Shown in pieces: positions 1 through 10,384 of a stretch of DNA of 47,060 bases. Position 1 is the first letter of the stretch. Each line of letters begins with the position of its first letter. Below the pieces are notes generated by a model. That model worked only from the letters and a program-made list of their open reading frames with translations, was not told the DNA's origin and searched no databases. Location: positions 26,735,375 to 26,782,434 of the forward strand of contig NC_069000.1 of the NCBI RefSeq assembly GCF_001194135.2. Direction: 5' to 3'. Made by a program: the position numbers and the translations under genes. Source of the DNA: Octopus bimaculoides. Taxonomy: Eukaryota.

Positions 1-277
1 TTTATAGCGAATTATCGGCCCCCGAAGGCTTCAGAAAAATACTCTATCACGTGACCTTATTAGGGGCCGTGATTGGTCAGTTTGCGTTCTGGCGGGAACG
101 GTTCGAAGAAGTTGCCGCTTCGAATATTATTCAGTCACGTGATGACAAGGAGATGGGTTCTCCGCTACGCCCGCGCTTGTTTATATTTAAATGAGAAGAA
201 TGGCGATAGCAGTTTTGTATCTAATGGCGATAGGTAGTTTCATATGTAATGGCGATCGAGGTGTTAGTTTCACTACA
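1..277 (-). mobile_element. Partial LTR (U3 end), cut by the window edge; related to the solo LTR at 7669-8656
   Basis: Ends in GTTTCACTACA (267-277), identical to 8646-8656. Shares the order and spacing of TTTATA (1-6), TCACGTGACCTTATTAG (from 47) and ATTGG (72-76) with 8421, 8466 and 8492. Confidence 0.7.
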
Positions 278-529
278 CTAGCCTCTCACCAGTCGGTTTG
301 TCGAAGGCAAACAGACGAAATAAAGATGCTTGGTTTTACAATTCCTGTTATTCAGCTTAGCAGCCGCTGATTCAATTGTAGTTTGGTAATGGAAGGTTAA
401 GGTCTTCCTTGATGCCTGCCAGAGAACAGTGTAAAAGTGCTTTGTGGAGGAGCGAGGTGTTGTCACGTAGAAGGTCTCAGGCTCAACTCGCTTAACAAAG
501 TGAAACTCTCTCTTTAAGTACGAGTTTTA

Positions 530-630
530 CTAAGCATGCGCAACTCAAGGGGCTTCCGGTGGTGAAGTCCCCTGCGCATGCGCAGAATAGTACTTCCTCA
601 ATGGCGGCTATAATTTCGCGCCACTACAGT
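530..630. promoter_or_regulatory. CpG-rich cluster of housekeeping-promoter-type motifs (host promoter or U3 of another LTR)
   Basis: GCATGCGCA 534-542 and TGCGCATGCGCA 573-584 (NRF1 type), CTTCCGGT 553-560 (ETS), AATGGCGGC 600-608 (YY1), TTTCGCGCC 614-622 (E2F), ACTACA 623-628. Confidence 0.5.
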
Positions 631-2289
631 ATTATCTTATTGAGAACCTTCATGTTACCATCATCCCAGACCCATGAGTACATAGTAAATTTTCTTTTCT
701 TCCTGCTTTTTATATATACATTGATCTCACATTTCATACATTCAAATACATTCCACCTCCACATCCATACAGCAATGTTATGCTGTCACATGGACTCATT
801 GACACACAATACGTCTACAATAAACAAAAATAAACAAATGTGATCCGAGAGGGAAATCAACATTCACATAAATGCATGGTTCTGTCTTTTCAAGACTGAA
901 GACATAGACGCTGCATGACTGAATTACTTTGCCAAAAGAACACTCAAACTGTTTGATATCCAATCGGAGAAGCAGATACAGAACAAACCCAAACATATTT
1001 GTCCCTTGTTTAAATTAATTCACAGGAATTTTGAAAAGCTTCAACATGTATTTTCTCCAACTACCCTTCAACAACAAGAAAGAGGAACTACCACAGAAAC
1101 AACAGTAACAGAAGCAACAACAACATGACCAGCAGCCACAGTCACTCCTCAATCCTGGCCCAGTTGATGACCCTTTAAATTCCACAATCAGCAGCCCTTC
1201 ACATTCTTCATTCCCTCGGAATGTGTCAACTGACCCAGCATCATCATTGCCATATTTCATCTTTCTCTACTGCTGCTACCACAACTAAACAACTACACAA
1301 GCCACAGTCACAGTCACTCCTCTAGACTTGCGCTATTGTCTCTTTATGACTGTGCCGATAACAGAACATACCACTAGGGTTTGAGAATTTGTATCACCCC
1401 AGATATGGGTCAGGTCTCCCTTTGAGGATGACAGAGCATGCCAAGAGTCATAGTGACATACATAGGGGAGATGGAGTGAAAGAAAGAGTTTATAAAGGGG
1501 AAAAGTGATGCTTGTGAATGTCAGTGTTTATACATTGTTTTCGTATTTTGTAATTTTTAAAATTTTTATCTTTTTTTGTTGTTTAATTTTGGTACATCTC
1601 AAAATAGCTTCACTTTTTCTCTTTGGTGCTTTGATATCCCCACTTTTCTATTATTGCACTTCTGCTACATAATGGCCAGGTTTGATTTTAAATTTAGCAG
1701 TCCATTGAAGGGGAGGAAAAATAAAATAAAATAAAATAAAGTTCTGGGTCATGTGGTGAGTGACCAAGAGACCAGCATGGTTAAATGATTTTGTTACAAC
1801 CTACCAGCCTTCATCCTCCTGCTCTGCACCTCCTCTGTCACATTCTAGCGAGTTAACTTGTATCCCCCCCCCCCCGCGGCCATCTCTCTTCTACCCATTC
1901 TGTTGGCAGATTTGGCCAGAATTAGTCCTGCACATCCTTTTACTCACTCCACAACTTCCATAACAGCCAGTCTGCTGCCATCGCCTCCTGCCACCCTGCT
2001 AGCTGAACCTCACTGCCAGTGTTAATGCTCTTCATCCACCACCTCTCCTGTAATAGCCAGCCTGCCTCCTGCATCCCACCAGAATTCCACTGCCAGAGTT
2101 AATGCTGTTCACCCAGCTACCCACTCAACCCCCAGCACCAATCTTTGCCTACCACTGTCACCTCCCCATCTGAATTCTAATTCTAATGCTGACCCCACTG
2201 ATGCTGCCAGTTCACCTCCAAGTTGTGTTCTCTGCACCTACACAAGTCGCTATTTGAAGACCATCAAATACCACTTGTGTAGTTTAAGT

Positions 2290-2477
2290 CAGTGCTCTGC
2301 AACCGGTATGCTGCAGCACACTGGTGTGCCAAGAGACAAGGCTAGATGTGTCGCAGTGTAACCCGAATATAATATTTTTCCCTATACTTTTAGTTATATT
2401 TTTAGTTCAGGTGTGACATTGAATTTTGAAAACAATATAAGTGTACTTGCAAGTGCAAAATGGGTTGCAGAGCACTG
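2290..2477. mobile_element. hAT (Charlie-type) MITE
   Basis: Perfect 15 bp TIR CAGTGCTCTGCAACC (2290-2304) / GGTTGCAGAGCACTG (2463-2477). Flanks GTTTAAGT and GTCTAAGC are an 8 bp TSD with 2 mismatches. Subterminal GCAGCACACTGGTGTGCC is hAT-like. Confidence 0.85.
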
Positions 2478-4772
2478 GTCTAAGCTACCACAGGAGCTGT
2501 GTTGGCATTACTAAGGTTCAAGCTGAAAGTTTTTCAAACTGGATATGCAACCAATGCCATATCAGCTCCAACATACTTAGTAGGGCAGAACCTTACTCTG
2601 ATGTCCAGATACCTGTTGAGGATTTTGCCCTTGCCCTCCAGGGCTTGTCCAAGTTGAAGCTCATCAATTGGATCTCTAAGGAAGCTTAGACTTGTTTCGC
2701 CTGTGTTCTCCCGAAACTGTTGAAGAACATCTGCCTATCCAACAACACCTCAAATTGACAGAAACTGTTCCTATTCCCTTTAGTCTCTCTCTGTGACAAA
2801 TGTGAATATTGGATCCCTTACTTCTTCCCTTAAATGGCATTTTGAGCTGTTCAAATCCACCCCCAACCACTGTTCATCTCAGGTAAGTGATCAGCACAAT
2901 CCTAAACACTGGTCAACCACCTAACTTAAACAATCTGTTAATGCCAAATTCAGCATATTTGATATTAAAGGGGTTGTTCGACTTCTCTCCTCTCTGAACT
3001 TCCTCACCCTGTGTACCCACAGACTCCCTCAATAAACTGAAGGAGAAACATCCTCTGGCCCCTCCAGATGACTACCTACACTGGTCTGACCTACCAGGTT
3101 TTCTACAACCTGTTTTCACCTGCAACAATGTTAGGAAGGTGACTCCATCTTTTCAAGTGGGTTCTGGCACTGGGATTGATGACTTACAACCCCAGTATTT
3201 CGAAGATGATATTTTCCTGTCAGCCACTGATGCTAGTCTTGAGCTCTTGGAGAAGCTAACACAGTTCATAAATTCTCTACATTTGTCCCTGTTCTTTGGG
3301 GCTTAACTATTTGGTCTCACCAAGCTCAATGGTGATTTTCGCTCCATAGCAGTTGGTTGTATTCTATGTCAGCTCACAGCAAAAGTGTGTCACAGTTTCT
3401 AACTGCCTGTCTACCAAATTTTCCCCCATTCAGCTTGGAGTGGGTACTAAGTTAGATTGTAACGCTGCTGCTCATGCCACTAGAGCTTTCATCAACTTGC
3501 CCTCTAAGTCTCCAAAGGTCATCCTCAAACTAGACCTTAAGAATGCCTTCAATTCCATCAGTTAGGACACATCATCCTCCATGCAGTAAAGGAGAATGCC
3601 CCACAGCTCTATCATTTTGCTTGGAAAGCTTATCAGAAACCGTCCTACCTCTCCTTTGGTGACCACTTCATCCCATCTGCCTCTCGAGTCCAACAGGGTG
3701 ACCCACTTGGACCTGCTCTATTTGCACTGGGTATTGATGATGTTACCAAGATAGCAGCTGACCTAGACTTGATTGTCTGGTATCTTGATGATGCTTGTAT
3801 GGAGTGGGGGTGGCCTCCTGGCAAGGTTCTTGCAACTGTGAGGCTGATGATTGACGAACTTGGTTGTAGGGGCCTTAGCATTAATAGTTTCAAATGTGAG
3901 CTCTGACTCCTCAACCATCCAGCTTCGCATCAGCAGATTGTAAACCTGTTTATAGACTCCTTCTCCTCTATCACAGTTCCTCCTTCATCAGCATCATGTT
4001 CTCTTGGAGCCTCAATTACTGACTGAGCCTTTGAGTCCATCTTTCAATCCAAAATTGCTAACTTTGAGCAACTTTTAAAAAATCTTGGGGTAACTGAGCC
4101 CCACCAAAGTTTTTTATACTGAGGAATTACTTGTCAATTCCTAAGTTATTGTATTTTCTCAGAGTTTGTCTCTCTAATGTTCTGACAACCTAATCTTCAG
4201 GTGACCAGGTTGCTTTGCCCAAGCAGTTTGGGGGTCTAGATCTGCACAAGTGCTCATCTTTATCCTGTTTCTTTCCTTCATCCCTGTTTCTTTCCTCCAT
4301 CCAGGCTTGCTCCTCTTTAGTAGGCAACATCCTCTCCTCTCCAACAAGGTCTAGTTCCAACAGAGAGATGGATGAATCTATGTTACAGTGGAGAGAGCTG
4401 GGTCTGACAATTCCTGTTACAGTTGAGTATAGATGGAAGTAGAGAGTATGGGACAAACTGCATTCACTTGTCACACTCAGCTAAACTTAATCATTAAGGG
4501 AGCCCTGGCTTGGATTAATATCCCCTCAGTTCTGGAGCTGGTGGGATTATCCAGAAGTGATAGTAAGAGACCAAGTGGTTTTACCCTCAGTTCCTGGGTA
4601 AGAAGTAGGTGCCTCATCTGGGAGGCTACAGTCTGTGATTCTTTTGCCCCCTCCCACATCCTGGATGCTGCGGTAAATGGAAGGGTCACTGCTTCTGTAG
4701 GTGAATAAACAAAACCCTGAAGTATTGAGACCTGACAGTGACCTGTCTCTTCCAGCTTGTTGCATTTGAGAT

Positions 4773-6626
4773 TATAGGAAAGTGGGTTATACATCTTTAG
4801 ATTGTATACCTGACTTCCTACTACAAAATTAAAGAAATAGACGGAACGCTGAACTCCAGACTAAACAACTTAAACAACACTTTATTTAGGTGGTAAACAT
4901 ATAAACACATCTTTAGTTCTTGTGTTACAGCTTCTGTGTGTATGAGCATAGTTGTTGGGACGTTGTTCTGTTCTTGTTGTGAGCGAGCTGTCTTGTGTAA
5001 GTCCGAAAGATGTAGAGACAGCTTTAGCACACGTCCATGCTCATGGTCGGCCGACCGTAAAAGAGAATGAATTGAGCGGGAAACNNNNNNNNNNNNNNNN
5101 NNNNNNNNNNNNNNNNNNNNNNNNNNNNNNNNNNNNNNNNNNNNNNNNNNNNNNNNNNNNNNNNNNNNNNNNNNNNNNNNNNNNNNNNNNNNNNNNNNNN
5201 NNNNNNNNNNNNNNNNNNNNNNNNNNNNNNNNNNNNNNNNNNNNNNNNNNNNNNNNNNNNNNNNNNNNNNNNNNNNNNNNNNNNNNNNNNNNNNNNNNNN
5301 NNNNNNGTACAAACACACACAAAGAAAATTCAAAGAAATGAAATGTACACTTGTGAAATACATGCATGCAACGTATAAATGAAATGACAATGACAAAACA
5401 ACCGTGATGACAACTGTCCAGGAAACTGGAATCACGCGATGTAAAAGTCTGAGTGTTTTTTTTCCCTGAAAGGAAAGAAAATGTATGAGTGCACAAGTGT
5501 GTGTGTGAGAAAAAACACAGAACAAGTGAAAGTGTCTGTAGTATAGACTGCGAAAAATCCCAAAACACCAAGATAGAGTACATTGATGAAGACGTCAGCG
5601 CAGGAACTGCTATAGCTGTGTTCTGTATGTGTGGTGGTAATGATGTTGGCAGTGGTAATGATCTGTTGAAACTTGGCAACGTCAGGAGGAAAGCTTGTAA
5701 TTGGTAGTAGTAATTGTTGTCGTCACGGTGGTAATCTTGGTTGGCGCACGACGCTGGTGGCAAAAAGGCTGTTTGGTGATGAGTGTTTGAAGAGGTACGC
5801 TTTTACAGAACGATCGACAGACAAATCTCCGTACGACTATTAGCGAAAACCTCGAAGAAAAATTTTCTTAACCCAAGATGAAAGAACGACCGTGCGAAAT
5901 GAATAACAAGAGTTAATGTGTGGCATAAAAAATGTATGTGTATGTGAGAGTGTGAAATGCGACATATAAGAACATAATAAAAAACAGGCNNNNNNNNNNN
6001 NNNNNNNNNNNNNNNNNNNNNNNNNNNNNNNNNNNNNNNNNNNNNNNNNNNNNNNNNNNNNNNNNNNNNNNNNNNNNNNNNNNNNNNNNNNNNNNNNNNN
6101 NNNNNNNNNNNNNNNNNNNNNNNNNNNNNNNNNNNNNNNNNNNNNNNNNNNNNNNNNNNNNNNNNNNNNNNNNNNNNNNNNNNNNNNNNNNNNNNNNNNN
6201 NNNNNNNNNNNNNNNNNNNNNNNNNNNNNNNNCAGAGTCCATGCTGCGTTTTTTCTTCGTCGGGGTCACCACTTTAGTGGAAAGTGGGTTATACATCTTT
6301 AGATTGTATACCTGACTTTCTACTATAAAATTAAAGAATATGACGGAACGCTGAACTCCAGACTAAACAACTTAAACAACATTTATTTAGGTGGTAATCT
6401 TATAAACACATCTTTAGTTCTTGTGTTACAGCTTCTGTGTGTATGAGCATAGTTGTTGGGACGTTGTTCTGTTCTTGTTGTGAGCGAGCTGTCTTGTGTA
6501 AGTCCGAAAGATGTAGAGACAGCTTTAGCACACGTCCATGCTCATGGTCGGCCGACCATAAAAGAGAATGAATTGAGCGGGAAACGCTTGCTTGTTTAAT
6601 TCTACGCATGCGCAGGAGTTACTACA
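4773..6626 (-). mobile_element. Short non-autonomous Gypsy-like LTR element
   Basis: Near-identical direct repeats 4773-5084 (runs into a gap) and 6273-6626 with TGTAGT..ACTACA-type ends (both left termini mutated). AGAT on both flanks (4769-4772, 6627-6630). On the minus strand TGGTGACCCCGACG (6271-6258) follows the 5' LTR and is complementary to the 3' end of tRNA-Trp. No gag/pol motifs in the visible interior; two gaps. Confidence 0.85.
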
Positions 6627-7668
6627 AGATGTTTGGAAGGACTGGGCCACTAATGGCAAAGTTTTTGTCATTGTTGGCAGCTTGCCTCACTTAGGTGTCA
6701 GGTGATGCCCATGAGGGCACTTGGCATTTCCAATGCCTTAGCCTTCATCCATGCATGCTGGCATGCTTCAGTATCTTCCACTGAACCTTGTGGTGTGTGG
6801 CCAATTGAAGCACTTGGTGTTGCATTGATGTTTTCTTTTGTTAAATATATTCCTGTTCATATTTTGAATAAAAGATAGTAGCTGAAAAAAATGAATATAT
6901 ATATATATATATACACACACTTTTCCTCTTCTCCTTCCCTCTGTTGCTTTTCATATTTGGCACTCTGCTTTCCAATTTCCATGTTTCTTAAAGAATTATC
7001 TTTTAGTTGTTTTACCTTATCCCTTAGCATTCAGATTACTCTGTCAATTGTAATACTTATTCATTCATATTGTTTAGAATTAATGATGCATGATCCCATA
7101 GCTTTGAGATTTTGATGATGTAATTGCTTATGATTTGACTGACATTGTCATGTATGTGTGAGAGGCCTAATCTGGTCAGTTTGAACATAAGACAGGTAGA
7201 ACATTTTGGGCTGGATATAGCCAGTTTAAATGCTAAAGGGTTTTTCAAATTTGCTAGAGTTGATTATCTCCCCTCTTTGACCACCATCCAACATTTGTCA
7301 CCTTATCACCTCATTCCTTATTCTTCACTATTATTCACTTATTCAATTCCCTTATTCTTTAATTTTCTCTTTTTCCTCTTTCTTCTTCTTGACTCCCCCC
7401 TCCTCTCTACTTTCAATCTATCTATTTGATCCCATACAAAATGCAAATCAGTGGCACTGATAGAAACATTAGAATCTTCCTTTTATTCTCAGCAAACTGA
7501 TTTATTACAGTTTAGAACTAGAGATATCTAAAAAGCTCTCTAGTAATTTTCTTCCTATATACAGAATGGATTATCATTATTCGATTTGACTCAGGTTTGT
7601 TCTTATTCCTGGTACAATTTATGTAGGTAGCAGGTTACTACCCATAACCTGAGATATCCACAAGCTTT

Positions 7669-8656
7669 TGTAGACGACCGTGCGAACCAAAGGAGAAATG
7701 ATGATGAATGGAAATAGGCTCCTTTTAACGCGTCGCACGGTCGACACAAAAATATGATATATAATATGTTATAATACTATAACATAGAGAATTTGCATGT
7801 GAAATGCGAAGGAGTGCCAGTAAGGTAAAGATAGGGAGTCAACCGGTAAAGATGTATAACAGTAAGGTTTATTAGAGCATTAAACTGTACGTCTGTGTGT
7901 GAGTGTGAATGCGACATAATAAAACACAATGTAAGACAGGCCGTCATGTAAACAAAGAGTGTGTATACAAATATATGTATGTGAATGCAAGAGATACAGA
8001 GCATAGAAAAGAGTCAGTAACACGGATAGGAAAATACCAGTTCTCAGTTAAGGTACACAGTAGATTTGAAAGTCTGTATATAAGAGGTTGAGGCAGAGCT
8101 AAGTCACTTGTCATGCAGTTGAGGCTTCTATGCCGGGCCGGGCTACTTGATACAGATGGTTTCTCGCAGGTGTCGAATTCTGGCTGTTATTTCGTGGTGA
8201 ACAATTCACACAAACAGTAGTGTTGAGAGAAGCTGCGGTTGCTGTTGGTAGCTTGTGTACGTAATGTTGTGTTGACGCTGGCGACGATGCTTGTAGTAAA
8301 CAGTTGAATGATGGTGTTGATGTCATCGCTGGAAACTGGCTGGTTGGTGTTACGTGTGTGGTCAACGACCAGATCTTAGATCTGAAGCCGTGACAAACTG
8401 GCGCGGGTTAAAGCAGGCTATTTATAGGTACAATGAGGCTCCAGAAATCATCAGAAAACACTCTCTCACGTGACCTTATTAGATGGCCACAATTGGTTGG
8501 TTTGCACCCTGGCGCAAACAGGACTGGAGACAATTGCCGCACAAATAAGAGTCAGTCAGGTGATGGACAACAGCCGGGTCCAAGGCGGGAAAGAGATGTT
8601 ACCTGCTACGTTCACATTTGTAAATAAATAACCATGAGAGAGATGGTTTCACTACA
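7669..8656 (-). mobile_element. Solo LTR, 988 bp, Gypsy-like
   Basis: TGTAG at 7669 and CTACA ending at 8656, CTTT on both flanks (7665-7668, 8657-8660). Minus-strand CCAAT (8496-8492), CACGTG, TATAAA (8426-8421) and AATAAA near 7870. Confidence 0.85.
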
Positions 8657-8660
8657 CTTT

Positions 8661-10165
8661 CAATAATCTTTCAAGTGCTCAAAACCTTCCTGGTAGTCTT
8701 TCCTGTCCTTAAGTGGCAAACTTTCTGTAGAAGCTCTTCGGGACATTCTATTCCAATCTCCAACCATTTGTCTATATCATTTTTCACAGTTCTTAATGCA
8801 CCATTTATTATAGGAACAACCTTTACAATTTTCATACTCTAAATTTTAACAATTTCAAATTTTAAAGGATTGTAGTTTTTCATTTTCCTTCTTTTTTATA
8901 ATCCAAAATTCAAATGGACATGATGGATCAATTAGTAAGCAATTTCACTTTCCCTTATCTATTATTGTTATGTCTGGTTTATTATTTTCTAGCTTCTTAA
9001 CCGTTTGAATGGGAAAATTCAAAAAAATCGTGCACTTCTCTGAATAAAGAACTCTTTCAACCCAATGATCACACCAAGTACTTCCAGTCTTAAATCCCAA
9101 TTTTTGACAAAGCTTCCACAGCAAAAACTTTCACAACTTGGTCATGCCTCCCTTTCTTCTATTTCTATAAACCAACTTGGAGCATTCTGCAACAATGTCT
9201 GCCAAACTCCACACACTCTATATCTTGCTGATACTGTCTCCCGGTACACATATTTTCTCAAGTTGTTTGTTGTTAATACTTGATCTTGAGCTGTTATGAT
9301 AAGACTTTCTGTTTCTTTTTTAATTGCCCTCTTTTCCAAAACAGATCATGCAAAGCTTTCTCTTCAACCTGTTTAACATACTCTCTTTGAATTTCATTCT
9401 TGTCCTTTTCCACACTTCATCACCTGTTCTTTATTCACTGTCTTTAGTAATTTCTCTGTGCTGCTCTATAGATATTCTAGTATGCTTTTTCTTTCTATCT
9501 GCACACACTCTTCCACAGCAATTAAGCCTCTTCCACTTTGGTCTTTTTTCAAGTACAACTGGTTAATATCAACTTTCAGATGGTGAGCTCCATACATTGT
9601 CAAAATCTTTCAAGATTTTCTATCAACTCACTTTTGGTCCAATTTACAATTCCAACTTTGTATCTGATTATCAGTACTGCTCTTACATCCATTGTTTGTT
9701 CATTTGGCATTTCAATTCCCTAGCTTTCTTCAAATTTTAATGTCACACTGGACTGTTCTAAAGTTTTCCCCAAAATACTTTACTTTCTTCTACAGGAACC
9801 ACTTCCTAATGTTCTCTCCTCTATTTCCCCCCAAAGACGCCTTCTATTTGATTGAAACAATCTATTCTGGTCAAAACCTATGCATTCAGCAACATATCTT
9901 ATCAATTTGGCCTTTAACACTGTCACCCTTTGTGACAATTCTTCATGTATTGTCTAAACAATTTTCTGATTACTATCACATTCTTGAGTTCTCCTCTCAT
10001 TATCCTATTCAATTGCCCAGTTCTTTTTGTATCTTTACCAACTTCATTCATAATCTCTTCCTCCAGTTTGGTTCTTTCTTTTCATTCCTCATCTTCTACT
10101 TGTATCCTATTATGTCAACTACTACATTAGCAGCAGCTATGATTAGCTGGTTTGCTTCACTAATG
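8661..10165 (-). mobile_element. Degenerate, 5'-truncated R4/Dong-clade non-LTR retrotransposon with RLE
   Basis: Minus-strand fragments: YGAHHLKVDINQLYLKKDQSGRGLIAVEECV; KKETESLIITAQDQVLTTN followed by a decayed CCHC knuckle; NFPIQT..PDITIIDK..LLID (PD-D/ExK); KVVPIINGALRTV..LLQKV..TTRKVLST stop (8671-8673). Confidence 0.8.
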
Positions 10166-10170
10166 CTCTC

Positions 10171-10370
10171 GGCAAGCTAGTATAATTGTTAGTGCACCAG
10201 ACAAAATACCTTGTGGCATTTCATCTGACTTTATGTTCTGAGTTCAAACTACCCAAGGCTGACTTTACTTTTCATCCTTTTGGGATTGTTAAAATGAGTA
10301 CCAGTTGAGCACTGGGGTCAATGTAATTGACTCACCCTCTCGCCCGAAATTGCTGCTTTGTGCCAAAATT
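10171..10370 (+). mobile_element. tRNA-derived SINE, family A
   Basis: Degenerate A box, B box GAGTTCAAA, shared core CTTTCATCCTTTTGGG..GTACCAGTTGAGCACTGGGGTC; matches copies at 13510, 15338 and 34711. Confidence 0.8.
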
Positions 10371-10384
10371 TGACAATGACAATG

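Larger units (their letters stand above)
1760..6891 (+). mobile_element. Degenerate CRE-clade non-LTR retrotransposon (PHD finger, RT, restriction-like endonuclease), interrupted by a MITE and an LTR element
   Basis: Broken frames give RT motifs (IAVG, QLGVGTKLDCNAAAHATRAF, LKLDLKNAFNS, QQGDPLGPALF, WYLDD near 3780), thumb LPKQFGGLDL, and RLE HTQLNLIIKGALAWINIPSVLELVGLSRSDSKRPSGFTLSSW..CLIWEATVCDSFAPSH. It resumes after 6630 as FEMFGRTGP..SGDAHEGTWHFQCLSL. AATAAA 6867-6872 and A-run to about 6891. The 5' boundary is uncertain; there are many stops and frameshifts. Confidence 0.8.

Noticed and set aside
377-628. Possible small LTR TGTAGT..ACTACA
   Set aside because: Flanks CAAT and GTAT do not form a TSD; kept only as an alternative reading of the promoter-like block.
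4821-6296. Long ORFs in the track spanning 4821-6296, and likewise 13786-14642 and 42304-43544
   Set aside because: Their length comes from reading through N runs and microsatellites; only the RTE portion 42329-42685 is real coding-derived sequence.
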